Below, in pieces: positions 10,047 through 22,685 of a DNA stretch of 55,998 nt (its first letter is position 1; the number at the start of each line of letters is the position of its first letter). The notes beneath the pieces are model-generated. The model searched no databases. It saw nothing but the letters and a program-made list of their open reading frames with translations, and was not told where the DNA came from. The translations under genes and the position numbers were made by a program. This DNA is from Perkinsus olseni (Eukaryota). Location: assembly GCA_013115125.1 (NCBI GenBank), contig JABANN010000181.1:1-55998 (forward strand), given 5' to 3'.

Positions 10047-12375
10047 CTATTGCTGTGAGTGCTGCTCATCGTTCTGCCGTTGCTCCTCCTCGTCATCGGG
10101 CCGACCTTCTGTTCGGTTCTCGATTTGTTGCTGCTGCTGTTGTTGTTGTAGCTGCTGTTGACGCTGCAAGGCCAAAGCTGCTGCCCGGTAGTCATTTCCG
10201 AGCTGGGCTGCTATCATCGCTACTGCTGCGTTTTGATCAGCGACCGAAGCTCCTTCCTGGTGGACCACTGGATCCGGTCTGAAGATATCCACGTCAAGCC
10301 CCCAGCCGACCATCGCCGACACGCTCAAATCCCATCATGATGATGATGCATAGCACGAGCTTAGTACTACCTCGCTGGGGGCAACAAGGGGGGCGGTACA
10401 TCGCGACTGATCCTGAATACAGTCCTGCCTGCCTGTACTGTGAGAACCGGGGCTTTCGGAGATTCTGCTCCCTCGGCCGGTTCGGCTGAAACAACGACCG
10501 CAATGGAAGGCAACGTCACAATTTTGAGCCGATCGACAGAGACAGTCACTAAGTTTCCAGCAACAACGGCATGGCCGAATACTCCCTCTAAGCAGATGAA
10601 TCCGACAAAGTTGACCGAGAACGGAACCTTACGTGGTAGTGCAGCCTCGATCACTCGCGGCCTTCGCAGAGCAACAAGGGTGCCAAATTTGGAGTTGTGG
10701 TCCTCTAGGACAAACCGACCATCTTCCGTAAATGATACAGTGGCATGCCAGCGGGAGATGGAGACCTGACAGATCAAGCTCGCGGCGCGGTGACACTGAG
10801 GACTCCACCCACATCCGCGATTCGAACGTCACTTTCGTGGCCTCTCCCGAGGCGCAGCATCTTCTTCCCAGCGAGCGATATGACATAGACTCCTCTGGCA
10901 TGGACAGACGACTGGCTGTCAGTACCTACAGCGAGGCCTTTGGAAGGACGCTTCAGATAAAGGCACGACCTTCAGTTTGACCACCGCCGATAGGATCAAC
11001 TCTCATCATGTTCTCCAAGACCATGTATGGCGCTCGCGTCTCCGGCATTGGCACCTGAGAGAAGGAAGAATGACAATACCCTGAGGTTAGATGAACCTAC
11101 TAGCAGCTCCACATGGCCATCATGGAGCTTCACGTAGAGAGGGTAGTTGGTACGGCACAGTTCACACGCAAGCTGTCGAAAGAGATATCTAAATCAACCA
11201 ACACTGAGACCCTACAAGGTGACTCTCCCAACTACGTATGAGCCGGCCCTTGCTGCTCGGAGCCTGAGGTAAAGGAAGATCCGCATATGGCCACTGGGAA
11301 GACTAAAGATACTACCGGAATTGAGACTGAGTCGGCCCTCTACCCAGTGTCGTAGGCACCCCAAGTGGACATAGCGAATCGATCCCCGACACGCGCAGGC
11401 CTCAACTAACGGGTCCTCATCCGAACCGCTGGCCTGAGAGGAGAAAACAGGAAAATCTACGTCTTCGCCCTTCACTGTGAGCATACCTCTAAAAGACAAA
11501 TCCTGCAAGGCATCCCATCGGCTTCGGGAGGAGCGCAGGTGGCCATGGAGGTTTGAGACTCCGGGCCCATGAGGTCAGGCCTCACCTAGGGAGGACTGGC
11601 GGTGAGGGCGAAGGGTTGGTGTGGTGAACTCACTAGCTCCTCTGATTCGTCCCCGCAGAGCTGACGAACCCTCAGTTTAAAGCGACCTAGTTTCACGACA
11701 TCTCCTTCGCTCATGCTGTACGGACCAAGCTGAAAAATGAAACATTACCTCCGGAGTATCTTAGGTTGATGCATGAAAGATGCAAAATAGCTCAGGGAGC
11801 AGCTCGGTGGTCGATTGCGCCTACGTCTCTGATAACCATCCACAATTTCTTAGCCGACCATCGAGACCCTTCAGGCTGTTTCTCTGCCGGTTGTATGAGG
11901 TATCTGACCGCCATCAAGCATCTCTCGAGACTACAAAGCATGGCAATTAACAAGACCAGAGACATTCCGCTGCCAAAACCAAGTCGATGCCTCTGGTAAC
12001 CGTGGAGGGAAAAAGAAAGGTTGATGGTTGGCAAGCATACCGTGGTAAGCCCAGGCTACTACTACTTGGTGTCAAAATTAACGCATTTCAAAAGGTAGTC
12101 AGTGTGCTCAGCAGGTTCCACTATCTCCCCATTGTCAGCTTCCATCGACACCTCTCCTGAAGCATCGCGACAGCCCTGTTTCTGCTGTCTGGAGAAACCA
12201 CTTCGAACCCGAGTACGATGGCCTTACCATTTCGCCTGATGAACCGTGCATTACCGACAACTTGGAAGTTGGACTTGGTTATGTTGCGGCTCTCGTAGTC
12301 GAAGAGCTCATGAGAGTCTCTGGTCCATGTAGTGCTCTCAATGTGGATGGGAGGCGGAGGTGCATTTCGTGACAT
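10047..12375 (-). CDS. FHA - RINGv (C4HC3) - FHA protein, putative phosphopeptide-binding E3 ligase, multi-exon
   Basis: N-terminal TWTRDSHELFDYE. RINGv spans CRICLLE / ACACRGSIRYVHLGCLRHW / CELC. The C-terminal FHA shows SISRWHA...LEDHNSKFGTL, followed by a polyQ tail. Confidence 0.85.
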
Positions 12376-12617
12376 TAATAGTAAGGGGCGGACAGCAAGG
12401 GGACCGACTGAGCCATTCGTAATAACAACGACAGGGGTAAATCCATCGCTCTACGTCGCGCCACAGGGTCCCTCAGAGACTTGCCCGTGGTGAGAGCTAG
12501 CGACAAGCGTCAAGGTTGCCGGATATGTCAAGAGGCACCCGATTTCAATCGGAGATGCCTAATTGCATTTAGCGCTCGCCCTAAATCCTTTGTTCCAGGC
12601 TCTCCGTCTCCAGCCCT

Positions 12618-13110
12618 CTACCGAAGCTGACTCTGTTGCTTCCACTGACAGTCATTCATGCTTGATGGACGGTCCGCTGTAGTCTGGGGGGGACTTAGGC
12701 ATTTTCGCGGTCCTTTTTGTGGTATGACCGGGTCAACTCCCTCTACTACAGTCCAGGTGGCCGACCCCCTCCGCCCCAAGTACGTCAACACTACCGGAGT
12801 TGTCAACACAGCCGTCCTTGGCATCAGCGGCGCGTGGTAGGGCTTTCCATGGTGGGGGCTTCTGTCCCGACTAGCCCCTTCTAGGTTGTACTTCTACTGC
12901 GTCCCGCTCCGTCGTAAGGAGTGGTACGATATTATGATGGACTATGTTCATCACAAGAGGACTCAGTACGCTTCCAACGTGCCGGAAAGGGCGGTCCGGA
13001 CGGCGCTGAGGGTCCTCAAGTGAGTTCAAAGGCCTGCTAACCACAGGGGACCTGGTATCTTTGGCAGGCTTCGATGAGGTTGGAAGTTGCAGAGAGAAGA
13101 TACTCGCCAT
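12618..13110 (-). CDS. Possible short spliced hypothetical protein (S/P/R-rich)
   Basis: ORFs 12871-13110 and 12618-12824 could be joined through an intron ending at cagtag. No recognisable domain. Confidence 0.3.
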
Positions 13111-13208
13111 GGCGTGATGTTAGGTTTATTTTATTTCCACTGCAAGTGTGTTGCGTAGGCTAATAGTGGAGGCCTGCATCAGCAGTAGTAGTTTCTGTTA
13201 GAGTCACG

Positions 13209-16200
13209 ATGGTAGCAGAAGCAGACAACATCAAAGTGGCGGTTAGGGTCCGCCCCTTCAGTGCTAGAGAGATCGACCTGGGTGCTCACAGCACCATCAC
13301 GATGTCTGGTCGTGAATGTGAGACCGGGGTCAATCTACGGCACCTTCAAGAGAATATCTTGCGAGTCAGGTAAGGTTGTGAGTGACGAAAGCGGCGTAGC
13401 GTCAGTGGCTGGGGCTCGTGAAGGGAAGCAAGTGCAGACCAAGACCTTTGCCTTTGACTACTGCTACAATAGCATGGACCGGACCTCATCGAACTTTGCT
13501 GATCAAAACAAGGTGGGTGCCACTGGACCGCACTCGCTACTGCTTCCGAGCGGAATAGCAGTACACAGTATAGCAGTACTAGTACATCCTTTGAGTAAAT
13601 AACAGTACTTGTAGCTACTTCCACCTAGGAGTACTACCTCAGTACCAGCAGGTTTACAACGATCTCGGCGAGGCGGTATTGGGTAACGCTCTTCAAGGGT
13701 ACAACGGCTGTGTCTTCGCTTACGGGCAAACGGGGTCGGGGAAGAGCTACTGCATGCTGGGAGGAAAGGGAGACCCGGGTACGCAGGCTAAGGCCTAGGG
13801 GCGATAGCTGACTCTGCTGTGGCGATCAGGAATTATTCCGCGCATAACGAAGGCTCTGTTCACTGCTGCTGCTGGCAAGGGCAAGAAGGAGGGCTATGCT
13901 CAGACCAGGGTGTGGGTCTCCTACCTCGAGATTTACAATGAGAGAATAAAAGATCTGCTAGCGACTGAACAGAGGGATGGTAGCAGAGGGAATAGTCGTT
14001 GTTGGCGGCGAGACGATCACTTTAGGGGAGACAGTGGCGATATATGACAAGCCTGGCAGCGGCGTCTTGGTGTCGGGCATGGTCGAAGCCGCCGTCGATA
14101 GCATCAAGGAAGTCAAGGGACTGTTGGACTATGGCACTGCTCAGCGGTGGGGTTATTGAGAAGGGCGCTGGTCTGGTGTCACGCTTGACCCTTTAGGGCG
14201 GTTGGAGCCACTAACATGAATGCCCAGTCGTCTCGTTCTCACGCCGTGTTCATACTACGACTACAGAGGGTGTCTGCGGATCCTGCTGTCAAGCCGGACT
14301 TGGACGCTAGGTCAGAGATCGCTGCTCCCTTCTTGAGCGTCATTGTATTGGGGTCTCAGAATCAACCTGGTGGACCTGGCGGGCAGCGAGAGGCAGGACA
14401 AGAGTGGTGCCAGCGGCGGACGGCTGAAGGAGGCCATCGCCATCAATCAGAGTCTCTCGACGTTGGCTAGGGTGATAAGTCCAGCTGCCATAGCGTTGGT
14501 AGAGATTGGGGTTCAGGTTATATCCGGCCTGGCCGAGAACAAGACCGCCCATATTCCCTTCCGAAACTCGAAGCTCACCTTCCTGTTGAAGGACTCACTG
14601 TCGGGGAACAGCAAGACATTCATGGTTGGTTATAAGATTCTTCGCTGTGCGCGAAGATTCCCGCCAGGTCGCCTGCATATCCCCGGCTTTGACGGAGTTG
14701 TCTGAGACCGTGTCTACGCTTCGCTTCGCTCACTCAGCGAAAATGGTGAAGACCCGTGCCAGGCAGAATACGATCAAGGTGGGGGCTGTTCACGACTTGA
14801 CTGCCTCGGGAGCGACTCGGCCTCAGGCTGATGCCGAGATGGAAGCCCTGAGGAAGGAACTCAAGGACCTGGGACAGCAGTTGTCTACTCATGATGGCAG
14901 CATGAAGGACTCCCGCCACAGCGAGGAACAGGACGATGAGATCAGGCGTCTCAAGGTGGGGCGTGTGGGCAGGGCTGGGAAGGGTAGGGGCCTTTGCATG
15001 GTAGGCTGAGCTAGAGGAGAGAGAGCAAAGAATGAAGACGATGGCTACGGACTTCGAAGAGCAGCTTAAAGCAGCGCGAAAGGCAGCTGAAGAGAGGGCT
15101 AAGAGGCTCGAGAAACAGGGTCTTGTGTCCACGGTGAGACGGTCTGGAGGGGGGGGGGGCGCTCGGATGGAGGATACATCTTCAGGAGAGCATCGCTAAG
15201 GATAAGCCGTACCTACTCAATGTCTCTTCGGATCCGATACTGAATGGCACTCTGGCGTGGCAGCTGGACCGCAGCGCTGGGGGGATCCTCTTGGGTAGCG
15301 ACAAGAAGAGGGATAAGGTGATGATGGATGGGGGACGACAGGGGTGGGCCCGACAGTGGTGGTGATGATGATCAGATTGTTGTGGTTGGGTTGGGCATCC
15401 CTGATGGAGAGCCCCTATGCAAGTTTACGGTGTCGGATGCTGCTGACCAGCACACAACGGTCGAAGTTCTCTCTGATGAGGGTGTGGTGACTCTCAACGG
15501 CCTCAAGCTTCACAAGGGAGGGCAGCCCACGAAATTGTAGTACCTGGAGATTCTCGGGCGCGCGCTTTTTTCATTGTGTATATCCGCTCAGACGGCATTT
15601 GGACAACCTTGTGTGCGGCAAGGCCATCATGTTGCGCATGCACTACCCGAAAATGGGAGGCTCCAGGCAGACCTTCGAGGAAGCTCTGTCGAAGACCTTC
15701 GGGGCCCTTGTACAGGAGAACCATCTGCCTTCAGAGCTGGCTCACTACCTGCAGAAAGCAAGGCACAAGTAAGGTCGCCCGGCGCTGCGTTGTTGTTGAT
15801 CTGAGGGCCTTCGGTCAGGTGGGGGAAGAGTGGCAAGGAGTATAAGCTCATCGAAGAGTTTGCTGTGGTGAAGTTGTTCCCCTTGGTAGACGAGGCCAAC
15901 CTGATTTCTAAGGACATGTTCCCTTGTCGAAGGTAGCGTCAGTTGATGTTGCTGGGCGGTTTGATGACGATGCTGGGCAGGTTCGAGTTCAACGTTGAGA
16001 TTTTTGTGGACAGGGTGTGTCCTGAGGGAGAGATCCTCGACCCGGAAGACTATGTCTTTGCGAGACTAAGTCGCCAGACGTCCCCCGGGTCTACGGATTT
16101 CAAATCCATCTGTGGGCATGGCATTGGTTATTGGTAGTAGCGTGAGAGTGCTGGTCATGCAGGTACTTTGACGTACTCCCAGCTGGAGGGTCGGCTGGAG

Positions 16201-16760
16201 GTCATGCGGGAGATCTACCACGTCTTTCACAAGCTGGCGCCCCACGAGCGGGCCAAGCTGTGTGGCGTCAAGGTGACGGTGTGCGTACTGGAGTTGTGGT
16301 CTTCGATGTTCATGGCAGGCACCGAGTAACCCCAAGGAGAAGGTGGATCTCCATCTCCACCCGGACTCGGACCCTTGGCTGCCGCATGCGATCATTCGAG
16401 AGGAAGTCATCGTCCATGATAAACCGAAGGTGCCGGCAACAGCCCCTCCCCCACCCAGTAGTAGGAAGGAGGAGGGTAGACAGAGCCCTCCCGAGCAGCA
16501 ACCCCTGTTGGAGCGTGACGATACCTCGGAGAGTGATGAGGACTATGCGGTAAGAAGAATTGCCCTGCCAACGGCATATTCACCATCCCGGGATTCGTCG
16601 GCACGCGAAGATGGATGGCTCGAGACTGTCTATTGCCTCTCAGGAGTATACGCAGTTCTCGTATAAGAGAGCTCGCTCGGACAACTGGCGAGCGTGGATA
16701 TGCTTCGGTGGCCGCTTTGTAGGTGAAACTTCTTAGAACTTATCATCAAGCCATGTTAAT
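13209..16760 (+). CDS. Kinesin-3 family motor (KIF1/KIF28-like; motor, coiled coil, FHA-like), multi-exon; 3' end uncertain
   Basis: [87 protein letters not shown]. Post-motor [10 protein letters not shown] and [10 protein letters not shown] are typical of kinesin-3. Confidence 0.92.
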
Positions 16761-16936
16761 AGTGTATAAGGTGTTACTTCATGCGCAGTTGTCGCCGCCA
16801 AAAACCGCAACTCAGAGGTTCGAGTTGTAAATAAAGAAGTTCATTTTCGCCGTCGTTGAAAAGGCTGTGAGATATGCTTGGTCTCAGTGAATTTCGTGGC
16901 GCGCGAGATCGGTGGTAGTTTGATTGGCTTTACATA

Positions 16937-19900
16937 ATGGCATCTTCCGACGGTGATGGTGACGGTGCATCTTTGATGCGGATAATGATCATCACCGACA
17001 ACCACGTGGGCCACAAGCAGGTGACTTCGCCATGACCGCTGCGCCCAGTAATTATCAGTGCCTTTGCTGGGAACAGGACGACCCCGTGAGGAGCCTGGAC
17101 TCTGTCTGTGCGTTCGAGGAGGCCATGCAGAGAGCGAAGTTAGCGCAAGTTGATCTCGTAGTTCACGGTGGTGATCTCTTCGATATTGCAAGGTGAGCTA
17201 GAGGTGTCAGAAAATCGTTTCTCCTAGGTGGGAAGGGGGCATGGTCTTCAATCAGGCCAGATCGTTTGACCATGAAGCAAGTGAACGAGATACTGCGGCA
17301 GACCGTCATGGGAGACCAACCTATTCGGATAGAGGTCAGCATCGACCTAAGATACCACAATTCTGAGGTGGTCTCTAGGTCCTCCCCACCCAAGACGAGA
17401 ATGGCGTCGTCAGGGATGAGCCGCCGAACTACGAGGATCCCAACTACAACGTCGGCCTGCCAGTGTATACTTGCTGAGTCTCTATGCCTTGCCCGACTGC
17501 TTATCGTCAGGTTCATGATTCATGGCAATCATGATGAGCCAGGGGGAGCTGGGAACATGTCGGTGATTGATTTGCTACATACGAATCGGCTGGTGCGTAC
17601 TGCTGTCCTCGGGTTGCCCGCGGTCTATTGGTTAGCTCTCGCAAATTGGCGTTCACTCACGATACTCGCTGCTGGGTCAGTGAGGAAGCGCGTTTGCTGG
17701 TCAAAGAGCTTCTCAACTGTCATTACCCTGAGCCTCTCACTTGTGACTGTGAGATTGCTCGCTTCAGGTCAACTACTTCGGCCAGCAGATGGACCTCGAC
17801 CGCATCGTTATCAGGCCGATACTAATACAAAAGGGCGAGACGAAGCTAGCTCTCTACGGCCTGGGCAACATGCGAGATGAGCGGCTCAACCGAGCCATCA
17901 ACGCTGGCAAGGTGGGGTCGCTGCGTCTCGCTGTTCACGAGGCAATCTGAGGGTTCAGGTCAGATTCGAAATCCCGCCTGGTCGCGGCGACTCGGAGTCG
18001 GAGAGTGAGTACTTCTCGGTTATGTTGGTGCATCAGAATCGATATAAAGGGGTGGCGGGAGGCGTCCCTGGGAGCAGCTCCCTGCAGAACTCACAACTGC
18101 CGAGTACACTAAGATGGTGTCGTCGTCGTTACCATGTGTGGCGTGTTAGGCTTCCTCGACTTGGTCGTTTGGGGACATGAGCATGAGTCCATAGTCGACC
18201 CGGTGGAGACTGCTCAGGGGTTCTCCGTGCTGCAGCCCGGATCATCAGTATGTGTGGAGAAGCCGAGGGTCGGTCGCTCAGCGTTGTCTTTGTAGGTGCA
18301 GACCTCGCTGTCCGCTGGTGAGAGCCTTCCCAAGCACATCTTCCTATTGGAGCTGCTCAAGGGCCGCGGCTGGCGGACAACTCCCATACCGTTGACCAGC
18401 CCGCGACCGCTGCTGGTCCAGGACGTGGTGAGGGCACTTCTCATGACCGCTGTTGACGATGGCTGTCAGTCTATGAAGGAGCTGATTGCTCAGAGAGAGA
18501 GTCGACCGGACGGCAGCGGCGAGAAGATGGAAGAACTGGTGGGTTCCACTCGACCGTCTGCTCGCCCTCGAGGTCACTGGCAGTCTGTAGGCATGGAATT
18601 CCCTCAGCGATGTAGTGAGAAGGATGGTGGCTCATGGCAAGGAGCTCGGCAAGGCACAAGTATTGGCCTACAAGAAGTGGCTGGAGGACAACAATTTGAC
18701 GCCACTGTACAAGCGGGACTCGGATCGGGCGGTAATACATCGCTGGACTGGCCGTTGGGGGCCACCGGCTGTGGTCAGGTCCGGCCGCTGATTCGAGTGA
18801 GAGTGGATGTGACGGTGGACGAGGGTGATGATGAGGGTGGTGGCGTGTCCGGCCTGCCTGTTGGGAGCAGCTATCCCGTGATACCGAACCAAAAATTTGG
18901 GCAGCAGTTTCTCGAGGAGGTTGCCAACCCGGCCGATATACTGTTGTTCCATAAGAAGAAGAAACGACCAGTGCGGCAAAGAAAGAATGAGCGTAGGGCG
19001 TGCGCGTGCGTGCAGGTTTTCAACTTTCTGCCGTTGTCAGTCCAATTGAACCTAGAGGAGCATGTATCAGCTGGAGAGAGTGATGATACAGCAGCCGACA
19101 GGGACCTGATGCAGGATATCATTTTTAACTACGTCAATGGCGCTGACTGCCTTGACCTCATCCCTGAGACGCGGCTGAACGAAGTGGTCCAGGAGTAGGC
19201 CCCGCAGCAGGCCCAGGTCGATGAGCACTCTTCGCGGTTGGTAGGTATGTACACAAGAACGAGACCACGGCTATCACGCACTTCGTGACCGACGTCGTGA
19301 AGCAGACTAGCGAGTCGATAGAGGCAGACAGGAGTCACGTACCAGCACAGGAAGGGGTCATCAGGGAGGCCGCTAGGACGAGGGCGGAGGGCGTCCGCCG
19401 TACCGCTGTCGAAGGGGCGCCGCAAGTAGGTTGCGCTTCACACCCTGTCTTTGCTATGGTTTCCGCTTGGTCAGTTTGACGGCGGGAGGGCTTCGGGTAG
19501 GGTGGACGGAGAGCTGTCCTCCCCGGCAGCATCGTCATCGAGGGGATCTTCGACGACTACCAACAGCAGAGGGAGGCTCCCTCTCGTCAAGGACGAGTTC
19601 GATGAGTCCGACGAGGAGTTCCGATCGGTGGTCCCCGCCAAACCGAAGGGAAGGGCTAAGGCGAAGGCGAAGGGGAAGGCAAAGGCGAAGGCGAAGACCA
19701 AACCCAAGGCCAAGAGCGCCTCGAGGGCCACGAAGCGAAGTCGAGATCAGCATCCAGCCGCATCCAGTGGGGCAGCCGCGGCTCCTGTTTCTAACGAGCC
19801 CAAGCGAGTAAGGACGGCGAGTACGGCTGGTCCCAGCAGCTTCGCCGCCTTCCTCAATGCTGACTCGGACGATGACTCGGATGAAGATCCCATCGAGGAC

Positions 19901-19999
19901 AGCTGTCCCTCTTCCTCAGCACGGAGCTCCGTACCTCCGCCTGCCGCCAGGGTCTTGCCCTGGGCCGGCCAGCCGAGAAAGACTATGAATAAACGATAG
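16937..19999 (+). CDS. MRE11: Double-strand-break repair nuclease MRE11, multi-exon
   Basis: Spliced motifs RIMIITDNHVG, GGDLFD, EDPNYNVGLPV, IHGNHD, YGLGNMRDERL, HQNR, WGHEHE, QPGSS, PLIRVRVD and NQKFGQQFLEEVANPADIL. Confidence 0.95.
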
Positions 20000-20063
20000 T
20001 TTCTTGCAGCCTCTCTGCGTGTTGAGTTCACACCAGTAGTCATGTCACGCGTGCTACAACCCG

Positions 20064-20115
20064 TGCGTGCAGACGATGATTCGGGCGTTGCGTGCAGACG
20101 ATGATTCGGGCGTTG
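20064..20115. repeat. Perfect 25-bp tandem duplication
   Basis: cgtgcagacgatgattcgggcgttg at 20066-20090 and 20091-20115. Confidence 0.95.
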
Positions 20116-20228
20116 AGGAATCGTAAGAAAGCAAGAATCAGTAATCTTGATTTGGCTGAACTTGCGTGCTCCGTCCTGAAAGACGTGCTTGCTACCTGCT
20201 CTCACTTTAGTTGTTCTTTCCCTGACTA

Positions 20229-22685
20229 ATGTCAGAGGGTTTACCAGAGATTCCGTCGTTCGGTGCGGAACCCCGGTGTACGGGTCCTGATGCTGCTTCT
20301 TCGACCTCCACCGCAGACTTGGTCCCCCATCACCTTACCACACTTTCCGCAACTCAGTCGGCATCACAACTTTACCCTATCAGTGCTGATACGGCTCATG
20401 CGGCTGATATGATGAATGACGATGGTAGCTTCGGCCAACAGGAGAAGTCACCACCGGACCTGCTGGAGGCCATCAGCAGCGGCAACGACCCGACTGCGGG
20501 CCCGTCCTCGTCTGCGTCGGCCAATGGTGACGGGGAGAACCCGGTATTTATGTCGATGATGGGAGCTGCTATGGCTGCAGCACAACTCCAGAATATGAAT
20601 CAGCAGATCCAGATGCAGCAGTACATGCTGTTACAACAGCAGCAGGCACTTATTGCCCATGCCCAAATGAAGAGGGGGACACCAACACCAACGTCAGGAG
20701 GAGTCCCACCGCCACCAGGATCGCCTTTGGACGGCACCGAGTCCCACATATCCTCTCCGACGTCTGAGGCGCCTCCACCGCCTACGGCTGGCATGTCTGG
20801 GCAGCTGACGGCGGCGCTGATCTCGGCTGGCGCTCACTCTCCTGGAAGCTCGGTCCACAGTGACGAGACCAAGACGCTCGATCTCGGTGTCACCACTCCG
20901 AAGGTGGAGACATCTCCCGGCAGCAGTGTCAATTCTAACTACCATATGACTGAGTCGGACGTTGGCACTCTGCCGCTGGTTGCTGTGACGGACGACTGTT
21001 GCACCCTAGATGGTGACAGCGGTGATATGAAGTACGGGGAGCTCACACTGGATGTGGGCCCTGAGCAGGGCCCTGCGGCAGGAGGTCAGCAGACGGGCAT
21101 GCCTGGCTATGATACACAGGCCTGGCAGCAGTTCCAGCAGCTGCAGTACAATCAGTGGAGCTACGCGGCGGCAATGAGCAACCCATGGTACTCTCAGGGC
21201 TATGCTGGTTCGAGAGGGTATGCTGGTCAGGGCGGCCACGACATGATGAGGGGGGATACCGTACGGAATGGATCGGCGGCAGCGGCGGAGGCGGTGGCTG
21301 GGATCAAGCGGCGGAAGAAGCCCTATGCGGCCCCTAAGGGCGTGTGGCGAAATAATGGTGGTTACAACGCGACTATCTACGTCAATAAGAAGCGGATCTA
21401 CGGTCCAGTGAGACGGAATCTGGCCGACGCTGTGTCGGACAGGAGGGTGATGGAGGATTCTGTGGACTCGGCCAGAGCCAAAGTCGAGCGGATGATCGAA
21501 GAGCAGCATAAAGTCTTCGAGTCTGATCAGGCGAGGGAGTCCTTCATTGCAGAGGAGAGCCATACGATGATCCGGGAAGTAGTGGCGAAATTGAGGGCGG
21601 AGCGAGGCACTCACAACTCGGCCAATTCGGGTCCTTCCGACCCTCGGCCGTCTGTCCAGAGTTCGTTGGCCTCTCAGCAGTCGAGAAGGCCAGGTGTTGT
21701 ACCGTCTCTGGCGCAGGCTGTCTACGGCACGGCTGCTGCGGCCGCTGCACGTCCGGGTAATATGATGCCCTTCATGATGCCCTACCCGTCTGCTGTGTGG
21801 CCGAGGTCTATGAGTGCCAGTAGCAGTAGTAGCCCACCACTGCCGAGGGCCAGGAAGCGAGAACGGTCCGTGCCGAAGGAGGACTCTAAGGGAACGGCTG
21901 CTGGTGTTAAGCTGGATACTATGCCGACAACGACTAAGTTGGCTCATAGTGTCCTTTTCGGTGGTGAAGGGTCTCTCCCTACTACCGATATAGAGATTCC
22001 CGCTGACCTCCCGGGTGCTAATGAAAGCTTCATCAGTGACCCCAAGCGGGCGAGGACTAGTACGGCAGCGACAACAACAACGTCATCATCATCATCATCT
22101 TCTTCTTATGTACCCTTGTCACCCCTATTCAATCCGGGCTCGCCGCCCTTGTCAAGTCGACTGTTCTCATCAGCCCTGCCCAAGTACTTGCGAAGCCCCG
22201 CGTTCCCTGCCACGCAGCTCACCCCATCGAGGGGCGCCCCTCCCTTCGGCCCCAATGGTGTTCAGGGCCCGATAATGGATGATGACATACAGCTGGAGGA
22301 CAGTGCTATTGAATCGGGGGCGGCTGGTCTCTACGGCAAGGGAATGTCTACGTCATTCGGGTTCCCTTTAAGCCCGACCTTTTTGCCTTATCAGACGCCG
22401 TCGGCGACCTTCCCTTCGTCAGGGGCCGCATGCACCGGGACTATGAGTGCGAGCTCGGCATCATCATCTACTACAGCGGCTACCCCCACTGCAGCTAATA
22501 TCACTACTACTACCATTACCCCTGCTTCTACCTTCTCAACGGTGGCCTTTAACTCGCCTGGTCTTCAACCTGCCGCCTCATCTTCCACCCAAGCTGCTGC
22601 CGCATCCTTCTGGACACCACACTTACAGTATCTTAAGCATAGCCCGGCGTTCGCTAGTCAAAGCAGCGCCGCTGCTGAAGGTTGA
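20229..22685 (+). CDS. Low-complexity 818-aa protein with a putative AP2-like DNA-binding domain (transcription factor), intronless
   Basis: Single ORF. KRRKK basic patch is followed by PKGVWRNNGGYNATIYVNKKRIYGPVRRNLADAVSDRR, which resembles the AP2 three-strand plus helix pattern. Flanks are Q/S/P/A-rich. Confidence 0.7.
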   Translation: MSEGLPEIPSFGAEPRCTGPDAASSTSTADLVPHHLTTLSATQSASQLYPISADTAHAADMMNDDGSFGQQEKSPPDLLEAISSGNDPTAGPSSSASANGDGENPVFMSMMGAAMAAAQLQNMNQQIQMQQYMLLQQQQALIAHAQMKRGTPTPTSGGVPPPPGSPLDGTESHISSPTSEAPPPPTAGMSGQLTAALISAGAHSPGSSVHSDETKTLDLGVTTPKVETSPGSSVNSNYHMTESDVGTLPLVAVTDDCCTLDGDSGDMKYGELTLDVGPEQGPAAGGQQTGMPGYDTQAWQQFQQLQYNQWSYAAAMSNPWYSQGYAGSRGYAGQGGHDMMRGDTVRNGSAAAAEAVAGIKRRKKPYAAPKGVWRNNGGYNATIYVNKKRIYGPVRRNLADAVSDRRVMEDSVDSARAKVERMIEEQHKVFESDQARESFIAEESHTMIREVVAKLRAERGTHNSANSGPSDPRPSVQSSLASQQSRRPGVVPSLAQAVYGTAAAAAARPGNMMPFMMPYPSAVWPRSMSASSSSSPPLPRARKRERSVPKEDSKGTAAGVKLDTMPTTTKLAHSVLFGGEGSLPTTDIEIPADLPGANESFISDPKRARTSTAATTTTSSSSSSSSYVPLSPLFNPGSPPLSSRLFSSALPKYLRSPAFPATQLTPSRGAPPFGPNGVQGPIMDDDIQLEDSAIESGAAGLYGKGMSTSFGFPLSPTFLPYQTPSATFPSSGAACTGTMSASSASSSTTAATPTAANITTTTITPASTFSTVAFNSPGLQPAASSSTQAAAASFWTPHLQYLKHSPAFASQSSAAAEG

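Noticed and set aside
15040-15050. gatggctacgg, reverse complement of part of the perkinsid/dinoflagellate spliced leader
   Set aside because: Only 11 nt, antisense and inside a kinesin exon. No full leader or SL RNA gene was seen.
15146-15159. Poly-G run as a G-quadruplex element
   Set aside because: A single homopolymer in a short intron; G-rich introns are common in this window.
20064-20115. CRISPR-like repeat
   Set aside because: Two abutting copies with no spacer, no cas genes and a eukaryotic context.
21006-21947. 313-aa antisense ORF and the many similar shadow ORFs in the track
   Set aside because: They lie opposite well-supported GC-rich coding exons and have no motifs of their own.
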